Below, in pieces: positions 9,477 through 18,631 of a DNA stretch of 64,000 nucleotides (its first letter is position 1; each line of letters starts with the position of its first letter). Origin of the DNA: Verrucomicrobiota bacterium (lineage in GTDB: Bacteria > Verrucomicrobiota > Verrucomicrobiia > Palsa-1439); the NCBI GenBank assembly GCA_003152315.1, contig PLZV01000037.1:41679-105678 (forward strand). Direction: 5' to 3'. Under the pieces are notes generated by a model, which was not told the origin of the DNA, did no database searches, and was given only the letters and a program-made list of their open reading frames with translations. A program made the translations under genes and the position numbers.

Positions 9477-9533
9477 TTTCTTCTGGACAAAACGTCCTTA
9501 GGACTTTAAAAAGCAACATGAAATTATTAAGCC

Positions 9534-9935
9534 ATGAATTCCGTAGGTGAGCGAATTAAGGCCCGTCGGCTGGAACTGGGGTGGACCCAAGAAGAGTTGT
9601 GCAAAAAGGCAAACATCAGCACAGGCTTTTTATCAGATCTTGAAAATAGCAAGCGTAGTGTAAGCGCCGAAACACTTCTAGGCATTGCGCACGTGCTTTC
9701 GCTCAGTCTCGATTATTTAATGAAGGGCGATTCAACACAAATTCAAACAGCACAAGTTCAATTCCCTGCGAATTTGGCCGAACTTGCAAAGACAGAGAAC
9801 ATCTCGTTCGTCCAAGCCTTGACCGTTTTAGATATGAGAATGCAAATCGTTGCTCACCGAAGCGTGTCAAAATCGGATGACTTGGAGAATTTTGATTGGA
9901 AGAAGTTTTACGATTCGGTCAAAGAGTTCTTATGA
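9534..9935 (+). CDS. XRE-family HTH repressor, CapH-like
   Basis: 'GERIKARRLELGWTQEELC...ISTGFLSDLEN' HTH_3; ATGA-coupled to the downstream peptidase; divergent from the conjugation operon. Confidence 0.9.
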   Translation: MNSVGERIKARRLELGWTQEELCKKANISTGFLSDLENSKRSVSAETLLGIAHVLSLSLDYLMKGDSTQIQTAQVQFPANLAELAKTENISFVQALTVLDMRMQIVAHRSVSKSDDLENFDWKKFYDSVKEFL

Positions 9936-10987
9936 AAAAACTGGATAGCGAATACGAGATCCACAAGCTGGCGGCAGGGCTGAAAGTCGATTGGCAGCAA
10001 AATGCTGTGCAAAATATCATTGCTCTATGCCACGACAAAATCTCTAAATGGACCAAGGGAATTTCTAAAATTCGATCTATCCAAGAACTAGAAGTGCTGG
10101 TTTGCGAAAAGGTGAAATTGGTCTTTGAAGAGATTTACAGAGAAGACGACCTAAAAGCAGTCATCCGAAAGTATGTAAGTTTGGGTGAACCGATTTTTTC
10201 CACGCTTAAAACCGACTTGGACGAGAAGACTTTTGCAACTCTAATTGAAAGACGTAGAATTGATGGCAATTCACAAGATCGATATGTGGCAGTCATTGAT
10301 TGCAGAGGAAGTAAGGCACCGCGGCGCTTTTTTTCGCGATGGCATGAAATTGCTCATTTACTAACACTTCAAGGCCAGCTTCAACTTCCTTTGCATCGTT
10401 CCACCACGGATCGAAGTCCTACGGAAAGACTGATGGATACGATTGCTGGAGAAATCGGATTTTATGATCCTCTTTTCCGCCCTATCTTACGTGATGAAAT
10501 TGCAAAGGAAGGTGGCTTCGCCTTTACCACGGTCGAAAGAGTCAGAGGCCGATTTTGCCCGGAGGCCAGCTTTCAGGCGACGTTAAATGCGTGTGTTAAT
10601 CGGCTTGATGTGCCCATGCTTCTGGTGGAAATTGGTTTGGGGTATAAGAAGGAAGAAGAAAGGCAAATATTTTCTTCCCAGACAACTCTATTTTCTGAGG
10701 CACATCCGAAACCAAAGTTGCGAGTTTCGACAATAATAGGCAATGATAGGGCTCGCGGCACTTCGTTAAAGATTCACCGAAATATGCAGGTTCCTGCCGC
10801 CTCCGTGTTACATCGTTTCTTTTTCAAAGAAGACGATCTCCCCGCAAAAGAGCTAGAGGGTTTTGAAAACCTGAACATATGGCGGCACTCGGACGGCGGA
10901 GCGCTTGCAAACCTTTCAGTTAGAATTCGAGTTCGTCGTTTCGAAAGTTCAGTAATTGCGTTAATTTCGCCGGCGAGGCTTACCTGA
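9932..10987 (+). CDS. ImmA/IrrE-family Zn metallopeptidase, CapP-like
   Basis: 'RRFFSRWHEIAH' HEXXH plus downstream 'ERLMDTIAGEI'; start overlaps the HTH stop (ATGA). Confidence 0.85.
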   Translation: MKKLDSEYEIHKLAAGLKVDWQQNAVQNIIALCHDKISKWTKGISKIRSIQELEVLVCEKVKLVFEEIYREDDLKAVIRKYVSLGEPIFSTLKTDLDEKTFATLIERRRIDGNSQDRYVAVIDCRGSKAPRRFFSRWHEIAHLLTLQGQLQLPLHRSTTDRSPTERLMDTIAGEIGFYDPLFRPILRDEIAKEGGFAFTTVERVRGRFCPEASFQATLNACVNRLDVPMLLVEIGLGYKKEEERQIFSSQTTLFSEAHPKPKLRVSTIIGNDRARGTSLKIHRNMQVPAASVLHRFFFKEDDLPAKELEGFENLNIWRHSDGGALANLSVRIRVRRFESSVIALISPARLT

Positions 10988-11000
10988 TATCTCTGGCGGC

Positions 11001-11292
11001 GAAGAAAAACAGGGCGGCTGCCTCCCCAGTTTTCCTCTCGACACCTTTTCCTCTCCCGCCTCGCAGCTACCCAGATGGATCGTCTTGGGCTGCATACGCT
11101 GGGGCTTCACCCCACCTTCGCTACGTCGACCCCCCGGACCCCTTCGACGGCGCAGGCGTTGTTCCGCCCCGCTCCTTCCGCCCAATCCGACCACCAGGGC
11201 TTAACGCTGCTACCAGAGGAACACACGGGCGGCTGCCGCCCCAGTTTTCCTCTAGACGCCTTTCCCCCACCCGAGGCGCGGCTACGCAGATG
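11001..11292. repeat. Imperfect ~77-bp direct repeat (11001-11077 and 11216-11292) in a GC-rich non-coding region
   Basis: gggcggctgcc[t/g]ccccagttttcctct[c/a]gac[a/g]ccttt...gctac[c/g]cagatg present twice, 215 bp apart. Confidence 0.8.
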
Positions 11293-11508
11293 CTCGCCCC
11301 GTCTGCGCTGGCAGGCGCTACACGACATCACCTACCGCTTGCCATGACGAGCACCCGCGCTTCACGCCGCGACGGATTGGGATGCTCCCGCCACCGGGAG
11401 CAGCAAAACAAGCTTCGACCATCCACAGACCCTTAAAATTCACTATAGACTTTAAGCTATTTAGAACGCTTTCGAGTCTTGTAAAAGTACGTAGAATAAC
11501 CAAGAAAC

Positions 11509-12585
11509 CTATGCACCGGCCATGATGGCCGCACGCGTCTTCGGACCGACAATGCCAGTCTGACTGATATGGTGACCTTTCTGATACTTCATAATCGCAG
11601 CCTCAGTTAAACTTCCAAAAAGCCCTTTCACATTACCGGTCGGTATGACCAAAAATCCTTTTTCTACAAGGAATGTCTGCACGGCGCTTACATCGCTGCC
11701 GGTATCGCCAATGTGGAGATCATGCGTCAGCACCAGCGAAGCTGAAGCGGTAGGGGCGACAACGCCTCCCGTGTCGGCAACAACGGCTGCCTCTGTCAAC
11801 GGACCGGCTGTGCCAGTAGGAGTGATCCGCCTTGTGCGCTGATAGCTCTCTACCGCCGTCCTGGTAAGCAAGCCGTAAAGACCATAGGCAATGCCGGCTG
11901 GCATGTTGAGAAGCCCTTTACTGACCAGGAACTTCTGCAATGCAGTGACATCGGGGCCACTATCGCCGACTTGGAGATTTCGAGAGTATGGGGAGCTTGG
12001 TCCACTGACGACTGGTGCAGTAGAGGGTGTGCAGGTCAATCCTGCGGGGCAATTCGACACCGAAGGAGCATTCAGGGAATTAAGATACGCCGTGGTAGAA
12101 GCCCCCGGAGCGAGAAGAGTGGCAAGCACGCTTGGCGAGACAGAGCCACCACCTATAGAAACACTTCCACCACTGGATTCTGGCGGAGGCGGCGAAGGTG
12201 GGCTTGAATTTGCACAAATCGTAGCTGATGGAGTGATCGTATTCGTGACTGTGCTACCGCCGGAATATGAAAGCGAGAGGGTCGAAGCGGAACCCGTGCA
12301 CACGTTTGAAGTGACATTAGACTGCACGTCAGTCGATAACTGGTTCAGAGTCGGAGAAGAGACGGTGATAGAGGAGCCAGAAGCAAGTGTCACTGTGAAA
12401 TTAGATGCATTGACGGTGATAGACTGGATGACGGCGCTTGAGCCGGAGATGTTCAGGGTATAGCCGCCGACGAGAATGTGGACATCCGTGGTCAGTGATA
12501 CATCGTTGAAGGCGGCAAGGGCTATAATAGGAACGAAGAACCCAACTAGGATAATCGTTGATAGTTTAGATATTTGGTGAGACAT
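11509..12585 (-). CDS. Secreted protein with two C-terminal peptidoglycan-binding (PG_binding_1) domains
   Basis: Signal/TM segment; 'LQVGDSGPDVTALQKFL...YGLLTRTAV..YQ' and 'LHIGDTGSDVSAVQTFL...GIVGPKTRAAI'. Confidence 0.85.
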   Translation of the reverse strand: MSHQISKLSTIILVGFFVPIIALAAFNDVSLTTDVHILVGGYTLNISGSSAVIQSITVNASNFTVTLASGSSITVSSPTLNQLSTDVQSNVTSNVCTGSASTLSLSYSGGSTVTNTITPSATICANSSPPSPPPPESSGGSVSIGGGSVSPSVLATLLAPGASTTAYLNSLNAPSVSNCPAGLTCTPSTAPVVSGPSSPYSRNLQVGDSGPDVTALQKFLVSKGLLNMPAGIAYGLYGLLTRTAVESYQRTRRITPTGTAGPLTEAAVVADTGGVVAPTASASLVLTHDLHIGDTGSDVSAVQTFLVEKGFLVIPTGNVKGLFGSLTEAAIMKYQKGHHISQTGIVGPKTRAAIMAGA

Positions 12586-12598
12586 AATCTGCTTGCGG

Positions 12599-13945
12599 CT
12601 AATACGTAGGGAACCCCGACAAATCAACCGGCGTGAGCGTTTGTCCACCGAGACTCGTTATGGCGGCGTTGATAGCCGATATATTACCCACTATATCCGA
12701 CGCTCCGTCAGGAAAATAACCCGATTTGTAATACCATGTCCCCAACGCAACGGCCTGTCCATTGATGACCATCAAAATAGGAGAGCCACTGTCCCCCGAG
12801 GCTATGGGCAAGTACCAACCCGCATACTGGCTCGTATTCGGGGAATAGATGTACTGCCCCGGCTGAATGATGGCAACAACGTCGCTGTCGAATGCCACAG
12901 CCGATCCTATGCTCAGACTTCTGTATTGATTCGTGAAAAGAACGAGCGGATGTGCGTAAGAAATGGCAGCTTTCGTCATCTTTGTCCCGTCTGTTCCATC
13001 AGAAATGCCGACACTACCCGAGGCGAATACTTTCGCCGGTGTGATTCCAGAAGGAACGGCTGACGAGAGCTTCATCACTTGTATGTCCACGCCGACATGA
13101 GCGCTTGCAGTGATGGTCCTTGAAACGGTCGTGTTGTCATTCTTGACGAAATAAACCGTGGTGCCATTCGGTATATACGCGTGATTGGATTGGATCAAAA
13201 TATCAGGAGTCACGAGGATCCCATTAAATCTGGCACCCCCATACGGATTGCTTCCGGTCGGTGGAGGGCTGTCCCAATCGCTCCAAACGGGAATAGCGGT
13301 CAGGTCGACGGCACCAGTAAAGATGTTTGGATTTCTGGTATATACGTGATTGACATCATCGGTCGAGGAGTAGATGTTCTGCGTGCTTGCCGACGGCGTC
13401 TTGCCTGAGATCATGGCACTGATCTCGCTGAAGATGTCGCTTCCGAGCGATCCCGATACCAGGCTGTTAAAAATCGTGTTGTACGAATTATGGGTGTGCA
13501 ACATCGGGCATTCGATGCCGCGTGTAAGCCGGCCAATCGTAACCCCGAATGTTGCAGTGCCGTCGCCGACATACGACACTACGCCATTGAAATCCACGGT
13601 GCCGTAGGACGGATCTTTGGCGCTGAAAATAGGCGTGACATTATCAGCGCCAAGCACGGTTAAGACGCATGAATATATGACGCTGCCCGAATTATAGAAA
13701 TTATATACGACATCATTTGTGTTGATCGTACCGTTTGATGAACCCATGGTGATCGTACTTGACGATGTGCTGGCAATAGAGAAATCCTCTATTTGCGCTC
13801 CGCTCAAAGCAGAACCGAAAAGCTGCGGGGCAGTGGTTGTCGCAACGCTCGTATAGTGTATCGTAAAATAAGCCTGCGCATTGCCATGAACCAACAGTGA
13901 GAAACCGACTGCGACAACACATCTTATTATGGTCTTCATTCTCAT
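12599..13945 (-). CDS. Secreted trypsin-like serine protease domain protein
   Basis: Signal peptide; His 'ILIQSNH', Asp 'DIQVMKL', Ser 'GDSGSP'. Confidence 0.75.
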   Translation of the reverse strand: MRMKTIIRCVVAVGFSLLVHGNAQAYFTIHYTSVATTTAPQLFGSALSGAQIEDFSIASTSSSTITMGSSNGTINTNDVVYNFYNSGSVIYSCVLTVLGADNVTPIFSAKDPSYGTVDFNGVVSYVGDGTATFGVTIGRLTRGIECPMLHTHNSYNTIFNSLVSGSLGSDIFSEISAMISGKTPSASTQNIYSSTDDVNHVYTRNPNIFTGAVDLTAIPVWSDWDSPPPTGSNPYGGARFNGILVTPDILIQSNHAYIPNGTTVYFVKNDNTTVSRTITASAHVGVDIQVMKLSSAVPSGITPAKVFASGSVGISDGTDGTKMTKAAISYAHPLVLFTNQYRSLSIGSAVAFDSDVVAIIQPGQYIYSPNTSQYAGWYLPIASGDSGSPILMVINGQAVALGTWYYKSGYFPDGASDIVGNISAINAAITSLGGQTLTPVDLSGFPTY

Positions 13946-13946
13946 G

Positions 13947-15578
13947 CTATTTTATGAGAGTCCACGGTTCGGAACCCATGCACAACCACAAATGATGGTT
14001 CGCTTTGTTATAGACGCTCGTCCCTTCAAGCGTCGAATTGCAGGTGAATCCGGTGGATGTTGACGTAACGGCTCCGCGATAACCGCCGTTTATATCGACG
14101 CCAACTGAAGGCGCGGGATTACCAACGCCTATTTTGCCGCCATCAAATACAATGATATTGGGAATATCACCAGATTGTTGATCTCCAGTGACAACGCTAT
14201 TGGTAAATATGAAGTCACCGCCTTCTCCATTCTGGAATAGCATTATTCCATCCCCAAGTTGGAGATCACCAGAACTATCTTCGGACGCTATCCTTTGCGT
14301 GTCAGCGAAACCACTACTGGGAGTGAGATGGTCAAATACTATTCCACTACTATCACTGCTCAAATTTATACTACCTGTGCTTGTCAAAGTAGTTCCAGTA
14401 ACTGTATCTGCCGACGTAGTTCCATTATATGTCGCCGTCGTTCCACTCAATGACCACAGTCCGAGCGGATTCAGATTTGCAACTGTCTGCGAGCCATCGC
14501 CTATTTTCCCGTGTTTCGTGTCAGTCTCATAAACCATCTCGCCTGCTGCGGGTATTATGCCGGATAAGGCTGAGGCGGTTCCTTCTCGCGGAATAACAGC
14601 GGCATTCAAGTTTCCGCTGCTATCAAGGAGCGTATTGTTGCCGATTTTGATCGTGCCACCCGGCGCAAGGGTGAGGCTCGGCGCAGTCAGCACAGTCCCG
14701 TCAAATGTGAAGCCGGCATTACTGCCAAAAGAACCGCTTGCATTGAACTGCACCGTGCCCGAAGCCGCGGCAGGGCTAGTCGCGCCGCCCCCGCCGCTCG
14801 ACAGACATGTTCCATTTACGGCAAAGCATCCGGCGGCGATATTGATGCCGTTCCCGACCGTGGAGGTCGCGGAGGAACCGGTCAGATTGAGATAGGTTCC
14901 TTGTATTCCACCAGAAAACGTCGTTGTGCCGGTGTTGGAGAATGCCTGCAAGCCGGTAAATGTATTCGCGGTGTATGCCTTCGGGATAGTCGATGAACCA
15001 TTGATATATGAATTGACATCAGCGTTTGTGTAATTTGCTGATCCACCGCCGACGCACGAACCGTTTATCGAGAAACACCCTCCGGTCAGATTGATACCGT
15101 TCGCAAAGGTGGAACTGGCTAATGAGGACGTGATATTGAGCAGAAGCGTCTGGAGCCCTCCGGCAAATGTCGAAGTAGCTGTCGATGAAGTAGCCGTGTA
15201 GGATGCGGCTGTGGGAGTCCCTGTGGCAGTCAGCGTCGAAGAGTTGATCCACGAAGAGAGCATGCCGGCCACGCCGCCCGACAGACTACCGCCTCCGCTT
15301 CCTCCGACGCACGAACCGTTTATGGAGAAACAGCCGGAAGTAAGATTCAATCCGCCGGCAAAGGTCGAGGTAGATACATTGGTTGATGCCAGATTCGTCA
15401 CCGTGGTCGTACCGGCTGAGAGCGTGCTTCCAAGCGTTGCCGCTCCGGAAACATTGAGCGCACCGCCGGTGACGATGTCGGTGCTGATCGTGGTCGCGGC
15501 AAAAGCACTGTGAACAACCAAGATAGAGAATACGACAACTACAAAGGTTGTCGAGATGACCTGTGTATATGGCTTCAT
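13947..15578 (-). CDS. Secreted Thr/Ser/Gly-rich repeat surface protein with a phage Mtd/hyaluronidase-like N-terminal motif
   Basis: Three 'STF(A/V)xG(L/I)N...GCF(S/A)(I/V)NG(S/T)C' repeats; 'PAAGEMVYETDTKHGKIGDG' motif; signal peptide. Confidence 0.7.
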   Translation of the reverse strand: MKPYTQVISTTFVVVVFSILVVHSAFAATTISTDIVTGGALNVSGAATLGSTLSAGTTTVTNLASTNVSTSTFAGGLNLTSGCFSINGSCVGGSGGGSLSGGVAGMLSSWINSSTLTATGTPTAASYTATSSTATSTFAGGLQTLLLNITSSLASSTFANGINLTGGCFSINGSCVGGGSANYTNADVNSYINGSSTIPKAYTANTFTGLQAFSNTGTTTFSGGIQGTYLNLTGSSATSTVGNGINIAAGCFAVNGTCLSSGGGGATSPAAASGTVQFNASGSFGSNAGFTFDGTVLTAPSLTLAPGGTIKIGNNTLLDSSGNLNAAVIPREGTASALSGIIPAAGEMVYETDTKHGKIGDGSQTVANLNPLGLWSLSGTTATYNGTTSADTVTGTTLTSTGSINLSSDSSGIVFDHLTPSSGFADTQRIASEDSSGDLQLGDGIMLFQNGEGGDFIFTNSVVTGDQQSGDIPNIIVFDGGKIGVGNPAPSVGVDINGGYRGAVTSTSTGFTCNSTLEGTSVYNKANHHLWLCMGSEPWTLIK

Positions 15579-15829
15579 TGGTCTTATAGGGTACGATTAA
15601 AGAAACGACTGATTTGTAAGAAACGTACCAGTTATTGTAGCACTTCTTGTGTTGTGTATTATCCCCAGATTTGATGCGGTGTAAGCGGGTGCCTCCCTTC
15701 AATATCATCACGGATAGCGAGATACGCATAAGCAAAGGAGGAAGTCATTCTCACAACGGCCAGCGACTTGCATTAAAGCGCAAACCTTGACGCCTTCTTC
15801 GTTTGCTCCCTCTCCGGCAAGGTGGAGCG

Positions 15830-16735
15830 ATGGATTCCCGTCTTCCACGTTTCAAACGCACCACCACCGTTGCTCGCATGGCACTGACGGAGCGCGACCG
15901 CCAAATCATCCGGCTCGTTCACCGGCATCGTTTTCTCCGTTCTCCGCAAATTGTCGCCTTGATCGGCGGCAGTTCGCAGCAGCTTTTGCGACGATTACAA
16001 TTGCTGTATCACCATGGATATTTGGAACGCCCACGCGCCCAGATTGATTATTACCACCAGGGCGGCTCCCGCCACATCATCTACGGTTTAGGGAATAAGG
16101 GAGGGGGGATGTTGTTGAAACAAGAACTTGGTGTTGCTTTTCGTGAATTCTCATGGGGCGAGAAGAACCGCGCCGTTGGCCGGATGTTCCTTGAACATGC
16201 GCTCTTAGTCTCGGATGTGATGGTGACGATTGAACTTGCTTGCCGTGAGCGTGGAATTCGGCTCGTTACCGAGAGAGAACTTGTGCTTCCCGGCAAGCAC
16301 CAACCGTTCCGGTGGAGAGTGAACATACACAACCACGTGAAACTTGGCGTCATCCCGGATCGCGTGTTCGCCTTGGAACTTCTCGATGCCAGCGGCTCAA
16401 GCCGGCGGGCATATTTCTTTCTTGAAGCTGACCGGGGCACGATGCCGGTCACGCGTCGAAATCTTTCCCAGACTTCCTTCTACCGCAAGCTCCTCGCCTA
16501 TGAAGCAACCTGGACGCAAAACTTGCATCGCATACGTTTTGGTTTCCATCGCTTCCGCGTGCTCACCGTCACCACCAGTACCGCGCGGGTGAAGTCACTT
16601 GTAGATGCCTGTTCACAATTGGAACGCGGGCATGGACTCTTTCTGTTTGCCGACCGGACAATTTTGTCTGGTGATATGTTTTCCTCGATATGGCAGACCG
16701 GCAAGCCGGGCGAAACCGGCAGTTTGTTGGATTAG
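15830..16735 (+). CDS. Replication-relaxation (Replic_Relax-like) protein
   Basis: N-terminal wHTH 'LTERDRQIIRLVHRHRFLRSPQI', 'LEHALLVSD', 'IPD...FFLEADRGT' PD-(D/E)XK-like core; GGAG RBS. Confidence 0.85.
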   Translation: MDSRLPRFKRTTTVARMALTERDRQIIRLVHRHRFLRSPQIVALIGGSSQQLLRRLQLLYHHGYLERPRAQIDYYHQGGSRHIIYGLGNKGGGMLLKQELGVAFREFSWGEKNRAVGRMFLEHALLVSDVMVTIELACRERGIRLVTERELVLPGKHQPFRWRVNIHNHVKLGVIPDRVFALELLDASGSSRRAYFFLEADRGTMPVTRRNLSQTSFYRKLLAYEATWTQNLHRIRFGFHRFRVLTVTTSTARVKSLVDACSQLERGHGLFLFADRTILSGDMFSSIWQTGKPGETGSLLD

Positions 16736-16865
16736 GCCTCTTGCCGCAAACGGCAAATCTTCCCGTCTAGTGGGTTTGGGCAGGAGCCGTAGGATGCTCT
16801 CTGGATGCGGTTCTACTTCGTGAGCCGCAAATAGTTCATCACAACCAAATAACCATAGGAGTAAT

Positions 16866-17894
16866 ATGCCAAAATCAAAATTCGTTGACTTCAAAGCCGT
16901 GAAAGAGGCCATCACCATAGAACAGGTGCTTGAGCACTACGGCTTGCTTGACCAGTTCAAACGGAGCGGAGACAGCCTCAGTGGGCCATGCCCGATCCAC
17001 AAGGGAGAGAACTCGACTCAGTTCCGTGTCAGCATTTCCAAAAACTGCTGGAACTGTTTCGGGGAATGCAAACGCGGTGGCAACATCCTCGACTTTGTCA
17101 GTCTCACGGAGGACGTAAGCATCCGAGAAGCGGCCATCCGCATTTCGGATTGGTTCAAGCCCACCTTCGACAAGCCAGCGCCGAAACCAGAGTCGCCGAA
17201 CGCGGATCAGAAACCGAAGCAGGGCAAAGCACCTCGCGCAAAGAGCACACCGAAGCCGAGCAGCGACGCGCAAGAAACCGGGCCAAATAAGCCACTGGGT
17301 TTCGAGCTTCGCAACTTGGACGCCGAGCATCCGTATTTGCTAGGGCGTGGCCTCACCGAGGAAGGCATCGCGGAGTTTGGCCTGGGTTACTGCGACAACG
17401 GCAGCATGCTGGGTCGCATCGTCATTCCGATCCAGAACGTGGCCGGTCAGATTGTGGCGTACGCAGGCCGTTGGCCGGGCGATCCACCCGAAGACACGCC
17501 AAAGTACAAGTTCCCCGCCGGGTTCAGGAAGTCGATGGAGGTATTCAACCTTCATCGTGCGCAACAGGTTGGCACCACCGTGCCGCTGGTGATCGTCGAA
17601 GGTTTCTTCGACTGCATTCATCTCTGGGAAATTGGTTTGGAGCGAGTGGTTGGCCTCATGGGCAGCCAATTGTCGAAGCCCCAGGAAGAGTTGATTGTCA
17701 AATCACTTCACGAGGATGACCACATAATCGTGATGCTCGACGAGGACGAAGCGGGCCGCACCGGACGCGAGCAGGTGTTGCAACGACTTGCGATACGAGC
17801 GTTCGTAAAAGTCTTCCAATTCCCGCAGGAAGGTCAACAGCCCACCGACTTGTCGGGCGATGAATTGCGGGAATTGGTCGGAGGTGCGGAGTGA
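16866..17894 (+). CDS. DnaG-like primase (CHC2 zinc finger + Toprim)
   Basis: 'CPIH...WNCFGEC' zinc finger; 'RIVIPI...YAGR...PKY'; 'VEGFFD' and 'LDEDEAG' Toprim motifs. Confidence 0.9.
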   Translation: MPKSKFVDFKAVKEAITIEQVLEHYGLLDQFKRSGDSLSGPCPIHKGENSTQFRVSISKNCWNCFGECKRGGNILDFVSLTEDVSIREAAIRISDWFKPTFDKPAPKPESPNADQKPKQGKAPRAKSTPKPSSDAQETGPNKPLGFELRNLDAEHPYLLGRGLTEEGIAEFGLGYCDNGSMLGRIVIPIQNVAGQIVAYAGRWPGDPPEDTPKYKFPAGFRKSMEVFNLHRAQQVGTTVPLVIVEGFFDCIHLWEIGLERVVGLMGSQLSKPQEELIVKSLHEDDHIIVMLDEDEAGRTGREQVLQRLAIRAFVKVFQFPQEGQQPTDLSGDELRELVGGAE

Positions 17895-18205
17895 AGACCT
17901 ACGAAGGAAGACGTTTCCCCCTCGGATTGGAAGTCACGGTCAACGGTCAGTCGCTCGATCCTCGTTTCGACTTGTGGGATCATAGTCCCACGGGTTTCGA
18001 GTGGGGTTACGCTGGTAGCGGCCCCGCGCAACTGGCACTGGCGTTACTCGCAGACCATCTCGACGATGACGAGCGGGCAATCACCCTACACCAGGACTTC
18101 AAATGGGCTGTGGTGACGAAGTTGCCACACTCCTGGACACTTACGACCGACGACATTGAGCGGACGTTGCAATCGCTTGTCGGAAAAGTGGGCAGTCATG
18201 TCTGA
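17891..18205 (+). CDS. DUF6166-like mobile-element protein
   Basis: 'HSPTGFEWGYAGSGPAQLALALL' conserved motif; GTG start overlaps the primase stop. Confidence 0.75.
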   Translation: MKTYEGRRFPLGLEVTVNGQSLDPRFDLWDHSPTGFEWGYAGSGPAQLALALLADHLDDDERAITLHQDFKWAVVTKLPHSWTLTTDDIERTLQSLVGKVGSHV

Positions 18206-18485
18206 CACACTCGTGACCACGCCCAAGTTCCTCTTGGGTCAGACCGTCATCACCGCAAACGCGAACGCGGTCTTGCCCGAGTTGGACGTGATAGTGGCCC
18301 TGCAACGTCACCAAAGCGGTGACTGGGGCGACGTGGACAACCACGACCGCCAGATAAACGAGGACGACCTTCGTAGCGGAGGCAGGCTCTTCTCCGTGTA
18401 TCACACCACCGGTGGCACCAAGTTCTGGATCATCACCGAATGGGATCACTCAGTAACCACGGTCCTGATGCCGAAAGATTACTAA
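18198..18485 (+). CDS. Conserved small plasmid/ICE-associated protein
   Basis: 'RHQSGDWGD...N...GRLFSVY...WIITEWD.SVTTVLMP.DY' motif common in mobile elements. Confidence 0.8.
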   Translation: MSDTLVTTPKFLLGQTVITANANAVLPELDVIVALQRHQSGDWGDVDNHDRQINEDDLRSGGRLFSVYHTTGGTKFWIITEWDHSVTTVLMPKDY

Positions 18486-18487
18486 TC

Positions 18488-18518
18488 AAAAGGGCGATCC
18501 ATTCGGGTCGCCTTTTTT
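18488..18518 (+). terminator. Intrinsic terminator (possibly bidirectional)
   Basis: aaaagggcgatcc-attc-gggtcgcc-tttttt. Confidence 0.75.
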
Positions 18519-18631
18519 CATGCTTGCCGCGCCCGGCAAGACTGCACGTCTTTGTTGAAACTGCCCCGGGCCATACGCTTCAGAGTGGGTTCACAGGGTT
18601 CTTTCCAAAACAACAACCACAGGAGAAGTGT

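Noticed and set aside
6721-10987. Calling the locus a canonical CBASS or Pycsar system
   Set aside because: No nucleotidyltransferase or cyclase motifs and no effector gene are visible in or beside the operon
11001-11292. CRISPR array
   Set aside because: Only two long, diverged copies; no regular repeat-spacer pattern and no cas genes
11383-11402. Intrinsic terminator
   Set aside because: The hairpin has no downstream U-tract on either strand
15670-15800. oriT nick site upstream of the Replic_Relax gene
   Set aside because: Only vague similarity to known nick motifs and no convincing flanking inverted repeat
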